64,000 bases of DNA from Podarcis melisellensis. Taxonomy: Eukaryota. This document shows, in pieces, positions 39,671 through 53,451 of this stretch (its first letter is position 1; each line of letters starts with the position of its first letter). Below the pieces are notes generated by a model that was not told the origin of the DNA, did not search any database, and was given only the letters and a program-made list of their open reading frames with translations. The stretch is taken from NCBI GenBank assembly GCA_964234715.1, contig OZ174290.1; one strand, given 5' to 3'. The translations under genes and the position numbers were made by a program.

Positions 39671-42600
39671 ATTCTCTGGGAACCCCGTGATCTAGCGTTT
39701 TAATCCTTTTCTGCTGCCAGCCTTCATGTTTGGCATTGAGCCAGGTGATTTTATTTCTCATCAATGTTGGATGACTTCCTGGTGTACTGGAAAGAGGCTT
39801 GCTTTGGCACTTGCTAGCCTAGATTTTAAATTTCTCACATGGAAGAATATTGTAGCAGAATCTTCCATGGTCAAAGGAGGTGGTGAGTTCCCTTCTTTCT
39901 TGCAGGGGAAGGCTAGACTTAATTTTCCAGATAGTTGAACATGTTTTTTCTCTCTAATGGAATAGGAAGTTGGCAGAGGAAGGTGTAGGTGTCAAGAACT
40001 CCCTTTCTTGAGCTCTGCAATAAATCAGGCTGAACCATGTGCTTTAAAAACTGACTAGGAGTCTAATAACTTGGCTGACTGTTTTTAACTATTGCTACAT
40101 CGGATTTTTAAACTTCATGGAAACCTCCAAACATAAGCATCTAAAAGCTTCCACTGAAGCGTCATCACACTGAAATTAAGCATATGAATTTTATGAGCAT
40201 TGTAACTTTACAGGATCTGTTTTGAGCTTCAGTAAAGAGAACACATTCTCCTGCTCATTTCCTCCTGTTTCTCTGTCACATTTAATCTTCACACATACTT
40301 TGTTTTCTGCATGCAGTTTCTCCTTCCTCATCTCCCAACCAATCCCTGGCTTTACATTTCCCTGCCTTTGTCCTCATTGCCTGAAAACTCTCCCTTTGTA
40401 CATCAGAGCATCAGCTCTACTCAGGCCCGTATCCGAGCCAGTTTCATACCTCCATTCATTCCACCTTTTTTTAAAAAATAGCTACTTAGCTAATATAAGC
40501 TAAATTATCTCCTTCTAGAATCTGAGACCAGTGTTCCATCAGTAACAATGTCTTAGCACACCTGTTTTTTAAGGTTGTGCTCTCCCATGCAAGCCTGAGG
40601 CTGAGAGCTGGCAACTTTAGCCAAGGCTGCATAGAGGGATTTGTGGATGGCTGAGCAGTGGTTTTCACTAAGGTCCAGCACTGTGTTCAGGGAGGCATCC
40701 AGTCTCCTTTAATGTGTCATTTGTTGCATGAAAAACAGGACTTGTTTCCTGGATCAGAGATCCTGAACTTTGTCTTGGTCTTCACAAACTTGCATGCTGT
40801 GGCTGTCAGGTAATGTTTTAATCCAGCTCCAGCCCAGCACAGAAACCAAGACCTCTTCGTTATGCCCCCCAAAATGAAGAGCCTCAACAGGGATGCTTTA
40901 TCACCAGCAGTTCCAGCACTGAGGTGCAACTCAGATCAATCCATGTATTTCATATCAGAGAGTTCCAGTATGAACTCTCAACACTTGAAAAAAACGTTTG
41001 ATGCCATCAAAGCCTTTGAAGATAGTGCCTGGATATGCCAGATCTTGAAAACATGGGAGCTGTGCTCTAGTCATGTATCAGAAAGGTCCCCACCATTACA
41101 TAGTGCATGTGTGCGCAACAGCCAGCCAGGAAGCATGGCCCTTTTGCCATGGTGTGCTTTCACCAAGGGCCTATTGTCACAGCTGTTGCATCACCCCAAA
41201 GCACCATTCTTTTTGAAGCGATACTGTGGCACCACCACAAATCTCTTTCCCAACAACTTAGGACTTCTGTTTCACATAGATTCGATAAAGGCCACATTCA
41301 ACTGAACTGGATTTTAACCAGTGCTCCATTGTGGTTTCATGATATTGATATATGTGTATGCTGTGGTTATCTGTTGTATGGTTATTTTGTTTAAATGGGA
41401 ATTTAGTACACACTTTTATACGCAATTTGGTCTTGTTAGTGGATGATCTGAGTTACTGGGACTCTCAGTGTGTTTAGAATTCTATCCATTGGCAATCTGT
41501 CATGTATCTTTGGACAGACATAGGCAAACCCGGCCCTCCAACTCCCATCATCCCTAGCTAACAGGACCAGTGGTCAGGAATGATGGGCATTGTAGTCCCA
41601 AAACATCTGGAGGGCTGAGTTTGCCTATGCCTGCTTTAGAAACTCCCAGGCAAAGTGAGAAGGTAACATGAATATATATTTAAAGAAACATGAACTGTCA
41701 TGGCAAAACACACTTTACAGTAGTCATCTCTGGCAGTTTGGAACCACACAGGCCAACATGCAAGAATGGCCCCCTGACATTGCTCAGACATGATCTGTTT
41801 TATTTATTTTAAAAGTTAATTTGTTGTATGTTGTGCTAGAATGCTCTGAAAATACAAATCAAAGCTAGAGCATCAAAGCTCAGCAAAATACATGTTGCTA
41901 AAGTGCTCCTAAATAAGAATTGTTCTGTATTGTTTCTGAAACAACTGCCGCAGATCTCTTTGCGGCTGTCTGAGGGCAGCTGGTTCCAAAGGCAGGGGCC
42001 ACAACCAAACCAGCTATTTGAAGGGGCATGCAGGAACACTGTGCAGATTAAAGTTTCTATTCTATAGAGAGCTGCTTGCCTTATTGGAAATCCCAGTGCA
42101 AAGGTAGAGTGGGTGCTTTTTGATGGCAAAAGCAGAGGATCTTTGTTCATAGGAAATGATATGACATAGTTATGAAACCATTTTGGGAGGTGGGATTGAT
42201 CTGGTGTTAAACAAAGCAGGTTAAGTCTGGGGCTGAAGCATGGAACAAGCAAGTATCCCTTCTATTATACTCTTTTCTGGGGAAAATATGTGTTGGTTCC
42301 AGCCATGTGCTGTTGATTGCAGCTGTGGCTATTAAATGCAGCTGTGTGCACCAATGGGGATATGTTGCTGCCTGGTCCTATCAGTCATGGAAGAAGCTAC
42401 CTCCACGACATCCGTTGGACTCCTGGTTTTGAAAAACCAGTCCTGCCATTCTCTGTTCTTTTTCCCCTTGGAGCTTGGGATAATTAGGTTTAAGGAAGAA
42501 AACTATAACTCCCCTCTGTCTCTCTGCCCTATTGCCACCATCCTCTTCCACTGGTTGTCTTCACAATCCTCCTCGGTTGGGACTGGGAGGGTTGTAGATC

Positions 42601-42682
42601 TCTAACAACCATGGTTATGTTAAAGTTCACTCACTCTTTTCTGTCTTCATTTTTGCATGCCACTGTTCCTTCTGTATTACAG

Positions 42683-42712
42683 CCACAGTAGAAGCGGTAG
42701 AGGCACGGGAAG
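42683..42712 (+). CDS. PPP3CC: PPP3CC 30-nt cassette exon 13 (ATVEAVEARE)
   Basis: ttacag| and |gtatgg; the known alternatively spliced 10-aa calcineurin A insert. Confidence 0.92.
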
Positions 42713-44361
42713 GTATGGCTAGAATCTTGCAAGAAGCGTGATGGTTTGTGTGTCTGCTGATCCCCCCCCCCCCGCCAAGAGCTTTATTCTCAGCAGCAGT
42801 ACGAACGCTTTTTACTCTTGCATCACCAGAAGGGAGAGAAGGGGAGAGGGACATGGCCTGGCACACCTCCCACCCCTGGGGTCCATCCACATGGGGAGGA
42901 TTCACAGAGGCATCCGTCAAACTCTCTACCCTGCTTCTATAATCTCTCCTACATGGTCTTCATCATAGCGTTAGAACTGGGTAGGCTCAAACAGCCATGG
43001 AGATATAATGCTCCATACTGTGACATTATTTTTATTTTAGATGAACAAAGCCTACCATTCTATGTTGGCTTCAGGGCTACGGTGTGGAATTGGACCCATC
43101 CCTTGAGACTTCTAGCTGTGCTGAGTTACAGCAAGAGTATTGCAGCTGGCTCAACCATGGTAGGCAGACTTGGCAGCTGCCTAGAGTGGCACAACTCCAG
43201 TGGGGCTCCTGCCTTGCCAGAAGCAGCATGCAAGTTGTGTTTTTGGTGTTCCTCTCGAAAGGTTTGTATCAGCGGCTGATGGAAGTTGTAATCTGAAACA
43301 TCTTGAGAGTAGCCAGTTTGTTGGGCAAGGCTGGCTTATCTGTCCTGCCCCGTCCATCTAGCCCAGTATTACCTTCTCAAACTGGCAATGGATCCAGTAT
43401 ATTTCACTCCAGCAATCGCCCCAGATCCTTTTCCTTGAGATGCCAGTGATTGAGCCCAGGACCTTTGGGCATGCAGAGCAGGCCCTCTCCAGCTGAGCTC
43501 TAGGAATGTGGTGCAGAATCCTCTGCACTCTCAAAATCACCACCATGAATAGGGCAGCAAAGTGCTTCCAACTGGTCCTGAACAAAGCCATAGAATGTGC
43601 ATCTTTGTGACTCTTCTTGCAGAGCATGAAGTTGTTCAGGACATATTGCTGTCCAGTAACCACCTTTGGCCTTCCCTGTGGGTAGGCTTGTCAGAGCTGT
43701 AATCGTCAAATGGCTCTGTCTCCTTACTTTCTCATTTACCACAGTCATGTGGCAAGTACCTCTGTGATCTGCAGACACAATTTTCCCCAATCTTTAAAGG
43801 AATTTGTGCTTTGCAGAAAAAATAACCATTCTAAATTCCTCTAGCTCTTTGCTTTTTCAGAAACAGTGTGCAAAAGGAAATGTGCTCTGCTCTGGAACTG
43901 ATGGAGAGAACAAGACTCTTCCACATGTGCGCCTTGTCACACTTGAGGCTTTTCTTGGCATTCCCTTCTTGGTCATGCAAGATTTAAAAAATATATCTAC
44001 TGCCTTTTTTATCCAAAGATTAGTTTCATTCTCCCATTCTTTGTTGTGTTGTGAGTGTGTGGTGTTGTACTGAAGTATGTGACTTTGATTTAGTCCTCAC
44101 TATTATTTTTGATTTTATGTTTTTCAGTTTTCAAAACTATGCTGCTGTTTCACTGCACTAATGCCTCGATTATTGAGCACATATCTGACTTGATTCTTTG
44201 TTTCTTCCAAGATTAGGCCAGGAATTGTACTGAGAAAAAAGCAATACTAATGAAAGTCCCTTACAGGGGTAATTTTGCCTAGGAGTTTAGGCTGGAGAGT
44301 CAGTTTTAAGAGCATTGAATGTTGTTTGAGAGGGCATCTGTTCCTACAGTGTATACATGTA

Positions 44362-45676
44362 CTGTATTTTTCACTCTATAACACGCACCTGACCATAACA
44401 CGCACATCGTTTTTAGAGGAGGAAAACAAGGGAAAAAACATTCTGAATGAAACAGTGGATGTATCAGTTTTGTGCTTCATGCTGTGGCCACAGACATGTG
44501 ATCTGATGGTGAATTTGGGGTGACCCAATGCAAAAATCCTGAGGATCCCTGTGGATCCATGCTTTGTAACCACGTTTTTGCACCATTGCAGCCCCAGGCA
44601 ACAGTGGGTGCGTGATTTTTTTGGTGCAGGCTGTAGCCATGGACATGCTATGTGATCTGATGGTGAATTTGGAGTGACCCAATGCAAAGATCGTGCTTTG
44701 TAACCACATTTTAAGTGGGGAGCTAAGGAAAAACAAAGAAGGGACATGAGAGGGGTGTGCAGAGAAGCAGCTGGCTAAGAATGCAGGAGAGGGATTTAAC
44801 GGGAGGGAGGAAAGAAAGGCAAAAGTTTCCCCCCACCCAAGCCAGCCATCTCTCTCTCTCTCCCTCCCCCCCTCTCTCTCTCCCTCCCCCCCTCTCTCCC
44901 CCCCCCACTCTCTCTCCCTCTCCCCCAGCAGTACCGGAGCACAGAGACACAGAGACGACCCTTTCCCCTCTGCTTGCCTGGAGGGGAGGAATGCAGGAGA
45001 GGGATTTAACAGGAGGGAGGAAAGAAAGNNNNNNNNNNNNNNNNNNNNNNNNNNNNNNNNNNNNNNNNNNNNNNNNNNNNNNNNNNNNNNNNNNNNNNNN
45101 NNNNNNNNNNNNNNNNNNNNNNNNNNNNNNNNNNNNNNNNNNNNNNNNNNNNNNNNNNNNNNNNNNNNNNNNNNNNNNNNNNNNNNNNNNNNNNNNNNNN
45201 NNNNNNNNNNNNNNNNNNNNNNNNNNNNNNNNNNNNNNNNNNNNNNNNNNNNNNNNNNNNNNNNNNNNNNNNNNNNNNNNNNNNNNNNNNNNNNNNNNNN
45301 NNNNNNNNNNNNNNNNNNNNNNNNNNNNNNNNNNNNNNNNNNNNNNNNNNNNNNNNNNNNNNNNCCCCAGCAGTACGGAGCACAGAGAGGACACTTTCCC
45401 CTCTGCTTGCCTGGAGGGGAGGGGCTTTCCCTGCTCTTTGTTCCGTTTCAGCAAACACAGCAACGAAACAGAGTGGGTGGGCAGTAAGACCCTGAGGCAG
45501 AATGCAGGAAAGCAGCCACTTCCTCTTTTCAGGTTTCCCTTCTCCGTGAAACGCGATTTGATTTTTGCCTGATTTTTCTGCTCCAGGGACCACACACTCG
45601 CTCTATAACATGCACAGACATTTCCCCTTCCTTTTTAGGAGAAAAAAATCTGCTTGTTATAGAGGGAAAAATACGG
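44362..45676. mobile_element. Tc2-like non-autonomous DNA transposon with internal tandem repeats
   Basis: TA-CTGTATTTTT ... AAAAATACGG-TA; spans the assembly gap. Confidence 0.75.
45029..45364. other. Assembly gap (336 N)
   Basis: N run within a tandem-repeated unit. Confidence 1.
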
Positions 45677-46067
45677 TATATATATTTTTGTCTCATTTTC
45701 ACGTCTACTCAAACAGATGCAGCAGGCTTTTGAAGCAGTGCAAAAACCAACTGAATGTGTTTTTGAACAGTGACCAGTGGAATGAATGTACACACTGTGA
45801 ACAGAAATCCTTCTTTCATAATATCTTCAGCTCTGAGAGGAAAATATTTCCAGCCTTACTTAAAGAGACGTCTTTTCACATCATGGGCATAATAGTTTGT
45901 CCTGTCCGGTGTAAAAAAAAACCCATACCACCTCCCCCAAGTCAGACGCATGCTCCATAGTCACAGCTCTGCATAGTAACTGCAGGATGGTATGTGTGCA
46001 CATTTGAGCAACCAGGCTTGGAAACTTGCTCTGATTCCTTTTTCTCGCTCTTTCTCCTCCACTCTAG

Positions 46068-46243
46068 CCATCCGTGGATTTTCGCCACAGCACAAGATCC
46101 GCAGCTTTGAAGAAGCAAGGGGACTGGACCGTGTCAATGAGCGCATGCCGCCACGCAAGGATTCCAAGCACCCCGACGGGCCGGTGAACTTAACCTCCAC
46201 AAACTCTGCGGAAAAGAACGGGATGGGGAAGAAAGCCCAGTAA
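46068..46243 (+). CDS. PPP3CC: PPP3CC terminal exon, autoinhibitory domain ([23 protein letters not shown]...KKAQ*)
   Basis: ctctag| acceptor, TAA at 46241-46243; IRSFEEARG and terminal GKKA are gamma-type. Confidence 0.96.
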
Positions 46244-49200
46244 CAGTTCAGGCGCCGCCCACTCTGTCTCACTAAAGGATCCAAAACTTAATGAATTCTA
46301 TTTATTTATTATGAAGGGGGAGGGCAAGGGGGGGGGGAGAAACCAACTTAGCCTGGAGGCACATCCATAATCCAGTTTGCATCCATTCTGTAAGAGAGGT
46401 GACCATTTTGTAAGTTTTTAAAATTTTATGTTCAATATATAAAAAGTCATCTTTTTTTAATTTAGGAATGGGTCTAAATACTAGTACATATATAAAGTGT
46501 TGTTTTGTACAGATTGCCTGTCCCTGCCAGGAGGGAAGGAGCCTGTGCGTGTGGCTGGGTGGGGTGGGAGGAAGGGAAGCAGAAACAACCCAGGGCAGCT
46601 CTGGGATCTGATTTTATAATGGAACCGTTTCAAGTTATCCTTGTTTTTTAAAAGTGGCAACTTTCATTTGAAAGCAACATTTTTCTCCTCCCAGATTTTG
46701 CTGTGTTTCTTCTATTTCACACTGCATCTGATGCTCCAGCAGTTGACTTCCATTAAAGGCATGTTGCATAGGGCAATTGGTAAACTTTTTCCTTTTTGGA
46801 ATCCTGTGTCACAAGGCAAATGTTGACATGCGCAGATCAGCTCCAGGTGAATGTCTGGAACTGGAGAATCCTAATCCTGCCTCTGCCCCTTCAGATGTTG
46901 CCATTGATTTCCCTTTCAGGAGAGAAATGAATTCTCTTGGAATAAACCAGTAGGTGGGCTTTGATGAATGTGATCTTGCAGTCTCCATTCATCTTGAGTT
47001 CACCCAGCTGGTTGCTCATGTCGTTCCATGAACATAACCATATTTGACATCACACAGGTGGGATTTATGTGATTTTCTCTGACAGGAAACTAACCTCCAC
47101 AGATTGTCATGGACTCATATTCTTAATGTAAAAAAACTGTACAAAATTAGTATTTTAGGAGTGAGATACTTTCCCTTCTTCCCACATAATATTCCTCTCC
47201 CACGCTCCATGATGTGAGCTCCAGCACAAAATCTCTCTGTGATATGTCCCCCAGGAACCCGCTTCATTTCCAATTCATGGCTTTAGCTCTACCTGGATAG
47301 TGTGGGAAACGTGAGGTGTAGGAGGAAAGGTAAAGTTGTGTGCAGAGTTCTGCACATCAGCAGCACTGCTTCCTTTGTCTTTGTGTATCCTATGTGGGAC
47401 AAGTAGAAAAACCCACAGTGGTTATAAATGGGTGCTCACTTGGGAGTCTCCCTTGAGGGGGGAATGGGCATAATGGGCACGTTTGGCTCCTGCGTACAAC
47501 TGGCAAAGCTCTCCTGAGCTGACTATAAAGGGCTTCTCGGTGATCTCAAGGGCACAGCCAGCAATGAACGGCTGATACTCCAGCCCCTGTAATTAGCGTC
47601 AAAGGGATGCTACAGCGTTTTGTGATCAACAGCGTTTTGGGCCAAATTTTCACAATCAAAGCATTTCCCATCAGCATTGGCTCATGGTTCTGGGAGTGCC
47701 TAATCCCACTCTTGTCTGGTCAATGCCAGGCTGTATTCAGTTTAATTCTGCTCAGAATAGACCCACTGAAATTAATGGACCTAAGTTAGTCATGTCCATT
47801 AATTTAAGTGGCTCTACTCATCGAGTGTGACTAGCTTAGGGTACAACCTCATTGTGCTCCTTTTAAGAGGCAGCATGAGTGAAGAGGCAGGTTGTTTCAG
47901 CTTTGTAACAGGAGACACTACTGCTTCCTTCTTCCTCATTACCCCAAAACCTTAAATGGGACGACCAAGGGTAGCTATATGTGGAAAGGGTGTTTGCAAG
48001 GAGGCTCACTCGTGGCCAGGAGCCCTGATGGGCCACAACACATGCTAGGGAGCTTCACGGTGCCCACCGGCCATCATAACTTTGTGTTTACTATGGAAAA
48101 TTCTGGCATACTTGTGGCAAGCACTTATGCCATGTAAAATGTGCAGCTCCCAGGTTTGCATCTGGAAACCCTAAACCTGTAATTTTTGCAAAGGGCAGGA
48201 GACCTTTGGGCAGATTCCTTAGCACTTCTCTTGAAGTATAATAATAACATGATTGATTGTTTGACAGAATGCGTCAGTCTTGTTCTCTGCCAAGTGTTGC
48301 AAAAACCACTGAGGGCTCTACAGATGTGTGCAAAATGTTTACTGCAAGCTGGATAGGTGACCTGTGAGTATAGGGGTAATGTACTGTGCCCGTTTTGTAA
48401 TGAAAGCAGTACGTTTTCTCATACTGCCAGAAAGGAAGTCACAGGCAGGTCGGCTTTACAGATTGGTGAGAGGGAGAAATCTTAAGAGAGAAGATGCAAT
48501 CCTTTTGGCTCTTTTTAGTGTGAGTGAATAGCCAAATTACATTGTATGGAGAAACTTCGGTAGAACTGAGTGGGGTTTTTGAGGAGAAACTGTTTAGTCA
48601 GCAGCTTGAGCCTGAGGTCTTCATTCTTTGAGGGATATTATTCAAGTCAGAGTTGGAAGCAAGGGGATTGTGTTCTAATGTGCCAAAGAATAGCAACCAA
48701 ACAGATGTGCTTGGAAGAAGGGAACCCTGTGTGTAGAATTGAGCCTGTTTAGTTTTTTTTATCCTGACTCTGATGGAAGCCAGGTGTTGGTGGCAATTGT
48801 ATTATTATTATTTAAGCCAAACTTGGTAATTCATTGGAAAGTGGTGCAGATACCTTCCTCCTGGAGTTCAGCCATTACCCTTCCAGGCACTGTTTGTGAA
48901 GCAGTCTTCCACAGGGCCATTCTTTCTTCTGCCCTCTTGTAACTTAGGGACTTAAGCAAATGACACAATCAGACAGCATAGAGGTGTTGCATAAAAGGAT
49001 GCCTCTTAATCACAGTGCTGCTGACTATTTTTCACTTTGAACATAGGCTTTCTCCGTTCATAATTATTTCACATCTTGGTTGAGAATTATGAAACGGCTT
49101 TGTTTGCATTTTGGAGCAGATGCAACTTTGGGATTATGTACTCATGACTATCCTTTTTACATGAATGGGTGCTTTGAAACAGTGCAAACATTTGTTCCTC

Positions 49201-52000
49201 TTGAAGATGAAGGGATTTTATTTATGTTAAAGCTATGCACACCTCTTATGGCTTCTGTTGGAGAAAACCATGGCACTTACTCTTTCAGAACAACACTGAT
49301 AGCAAACTCTTCTAGAGAGATCTCATGTTTGCTGCTTGGTAGGATGCAGACAATCTGGCTTTAAGTGGAGTGTCTTCAGTTTAAGAACTGCAGATTCTTA
49401 CGATTCAAAGGGAATTAACACCTTTGCATCTACCTGGCTTGACGTGGTTGTTGCTGCTGCTGGCTGCTCTCATGATGTTCCCAGGAACATACAAAAACTT
49501 CCACCCATGTGGTTGGGCTTCCTTGCATGTGTGCATATGATAGACCTTCCAAGCGAGGTGAGCATTACATACATGTTGAGTGAATATGCAAGCAAGCCCA
49601 GCTATGTGAACAGAAGTCTCTATATAGCCCAGGGAGCCATGTGGAAAGCACCGCTGGGAGCTCTGGTGTCACAGGACAATTTCTGGGCCCTTTGGTGTAA
49701 CAAGAATAAAGCTTGGCTAGCACAATCCTATCTCTCTCTCTTGGGAAGATAACAGCCATCATGCTTCTCCCATTCATCAGCTTTTGGAAGTTTAAATTCA
49801 TGGCAACAATACATGGCCCCTCTTCTCTCACTAGACACAGTTGAAATGTTGCGCTTGGACTGCTGATTTGTTAAAGCAAGAAATATTTGGGCCCTTCTCT
49901 TGGCTGATTCTTGCAAAATAGCCAGGTATGTCCTTCCTTCACTTCCTCCTGCATCTCTTTGTTCCCTGTTTTGATTTTTCTCCTCTCAGGTGAAATAATA
50001 GTCTTAAAAATATGTCCATTTGGTGCCCCTTATGCCCCCAGAGTTCTGACAGGATTCCATTTGCTCTTGGAGGAAAGGGAGGCTGCTGAAGCAGCCAGGC
50101 TGGGCAACTGTCCCAAGGAGGGGCAACTCTGAGGCAGGAGGGCCCACTTGGGGGTCTTTCCTGTTCCTTCAGGGTTGCTTTGACACTAAAGAAAAATGTA
50201 TTCCCTGTTCCATGTACAAAGACATGACTTGCTGGCTGTCAGGCCAAGCCTATGCTCTGGTTGCCAAGGGAACGCTGGCTCTGGGGCCTCTTTGCTTCCT
50301 CCTCACAGCATGCAGCGTTCAGGGGTGGGGAGCTGGAGGGGAGAGTGGGTGTTAATTTACCCCCCCCCCCACTAGCTCATGCGCCTTCTGTAACATGCTC
50401 TCAGCTAGCTTCCCCAAGTTTTCATGGAAAGAGTGAGCTAAATTCCTGGTACCCTGAAGACACAGACAGGCACAGTGTCTTGTGTGCTGAAATCCACCCT
50501 TTCTCCCCTGGAGATCCTTGCTGCTTCTTTTCCCCCCACCCCTGTGCTAGCAAACTAGAGTTTGAAATGCAGTGTGGAAAGCAGCACTGAAGCCTTGCGC
50601 TTCCCCTCTCTCCTCTTGACTTGGGAAAGGCTACCACCCCTTTCTGGCATGGACGTAGCACCAGCTTCTCTAAGGCCCAGTGCCAAGGAGACATTCCTTG
50701 ATCTCAGCCAGGGCTCCCTCTTAACCAAAAATGTGAAGTTGATGAGAACCCAGATGAGAACCATAATAAACGCTGGAGACCCACTTAACCCTTAAACCAA
50801 ATGTTCTTGGACCCCAGCTCCCATCAGTCCGTGGTAAGGAACAATAGGGCTTTTAAAATCCTAACATCATCAGGAGGGGCACAGGTTCTTCACCCCTGCC
50901 TTGAACTATGCATGTGAGGTGGCAAGTGGTTGAGAGGTAGGGAATGTTGCACCCACAGCACCCTTGGAGGTATCCGTGGTCAGAAGATGACAACCTAAGA
51001 AGCCATACTCTGAAAGGAGCAGCCATTAACCACATGAAAACGTGACGTCCCCGCAGGCAATTCCAGCTGTCCAGTGCTATAGCTTTACATGGGGGAGTGG
51101 GGATTACTGACCAGAGCAATGGTGGGTTGCAGGGCGGGAGGGGCGCTTAAATATGAGATGGCCCTCTCTAATTCCCCCCACACCCAAATACTGGGGAAAT
51201 GCTCCTGGGCCAGCTGCCCCATCCCACCTGAAAAACCAGCAGCGAATCTGTCTTAGAGCCGTGAATGCCTCAAGATGCCTTGCCTCTGCTCATCATCCCA
51301 CCCATTCTCCACCACTCCACTGTCATTGTTGTTTTGCTTTTTAATTTCAGGGACAATCATGAGCAACGAAAGCAGAAAAAGAAACATTTTAAAAGCCAAG
51401 AAAGCCCGCCAGCCCATGGGACTTCAGTGTATTAAAGGCTGTGTGTGCTGCCCCCTTACTGTGAGGTTGCCTATAAGCACCCTTTTTTAAAAAATAAAAA
51501 TTGTCTTGCATGATTTAAAAAAGCAAGAAAAAGCAAGGTGCATGTAACAAGGAGGGGAGTCTACAGTGGGTCTTCCAAACTTCAGGACAAAGGTGCTTTC
51601 ACCTGATTGAAGAGAACCTGCCCTGTCACGGTGCCGCAGCCTGCTTGCACCTCCCCAGTTTAGCTAATCTTGATTCTGCTACCAGAGCCTCGTGCCAGCT
51701 TGGCTCCATCCCAGAAAAGGTGGAATCACAAACCCCAGGAAAGGTGTGGGTGAGGACTGAGGTTCTTGATTCTGAAGTCGTGTTTGCCCATTGTCTGGAG
51801 GCTGACTCCTTTCTTTTCTTGCTCTTTTTTTAGTTGCGTTTAAAGAAGAATGGTGAAAAAATGTTATTTATTGGCAGAAATTATTAAATATAATTTCTCT
51901 TTTGTGAACAAGGAATGAATTTGTTAGAACTGTCTTACTGTAAATTGGAAAGTCATCTTTAAGGGGGGGAGTTAAAAATTAAATGACAGTTGTTTGGCTC
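46244..52000 (+). other. Putative PPP3CC 3' UTR with alternative polyA signals
   Basis: AU-rich element near 46300; AATAAA at about 46941, 50765 and 51493; ATTAAA at 51978-51983 followed by GU/U-rich sequence. Confidence 0.45.
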
Positions 52001-53417
52001 CGGTGTCCTTTTTGGGAGTTCTTGAGTGGCAGCGCACTTCAGACGTTTGCAAAGAAGGCTCTGAACCCTTTTTATATTTCTGACTTCTTCAGGGGTAGCA
52101 GGAATATCCTTTGATGGTACATGGCAGACTGCACTTCCTGCCTTGTTTTGAAGTTCTCTTTGTCTGGGTCACATAGTTAAAGTAGTAGTGGACCAGTTGA
52201 GAAATGAGGCACTAATTACCAAAACATAAAAAGTTCTACCCTCAGTCAACTTTGTAAAAATTGCAAATGCAGTTGGCACACCTGCTGAATAGATACCCAA
52301 ACCGTGGCTTGGTTTGTTTTGATGTCTTCTCAATGGAACACCCCTGCAAGAATTAGTAGGAACTCAGTACAAACCATGCTAAATTGATTCCCTTCTCCTC
52401 CCTCAAGACAGTCTACACCAGTCAGGGCTGAAAGGTGGATAGCAAATAGAATGTCTGGATGCAGCAGAATGCCTCCTTCTCGCCTGGGTGCCCATTTGAT
52501 TTCTCTGCTGAAGAACGCCTGTGCATTGCAAAGTGTTCTGGGGTATAATTCTAAGGGGGGCTGGCCTCACCACAGTCCTGTACAAATTAAAGTTGATGCC
52601 CTATGCATGTCTATTTGAGAATGTGTCTGGGTTCCACAAATTGCCCACAATTATTGAGAAAGGGTCACCATTTTATTATTATTTTTTCTTCTCATTGCAC
52701 CAGGAGTGCCAAACTGCCTTGGTTCGGCCCTGCTGGCCAGTAGAAGAGAATAAGCTTGATTGGCAGGCCTGAGACGTAAAATGGTGGTAATTGGTTAGGC
52801 CTGGGGTGGAGGTGAGAGCAGGTTAAAGGGTGAGACCTGTGAATTTTTAATGGATATTCATTTTAGATGAGAGAGTTTTTTCTTATTTTAAGTAGGTGGG
52901 GTGGGGAATGGCAACTTACCTTGCTTTTCTAGATGCAGGACAGCTAGCTAGGCTTTTTTGCTCTAGTAGTTGATTGACAGCCATAGACTCATGTCTTGGA
53001 TAAAGATTATCTCCATCTTCCAGCAGTGGACAGCAATGGTCTGATTTGCTCTGGACTAATGACCGCATCTGAAACTATATGTTCCAGAGAAGTAGCCAGG
53101 TTAGGCGGGGGTGGCGGCTGCTGCTGCTGCTGCAAAAGATGCCTTTGAGGATGCTGCATTTCTTACCATCCAACCTAACCAGTTCCTAAGAAGTTCCGTG
53201 CTGCAGGTTGTCGACTGCTCTTGCAGCAGTTTCTCAAGTGTTCCTGTCTGAAACCACAATTCAGATTCATTGCAGGGCTCCATAAAGACAAGGCATAGAT
53301 GATGAATGCTCAGTAAAGAGCCCCAAGAAGAGGGAGGGAGGCTGAATTGTTCTTGAAGGGCACTGCATGGTTAATTCACTGTGCCTGAAGGCAACAGATA
53401 CCTTTGGAGCCCACAGC

Positions 53418-53451
53418 AGCAATACTAAAATATCACCAGCAGGTGGCGGTG
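53418..53451 (+). promoter_or_regulatory. Candidate CTCF site downstream of PPP3CC
   Basis: CACCAGCAGGTGGCGGTG core match with an upstream AGCAATAC motif. Confidence 0.5.

Noticed and set aside
44723-45595. Long ORFs of 195-290 aa
   Set aside because: Artefacts of the N gap and low-complexity repeat inside a MITE.
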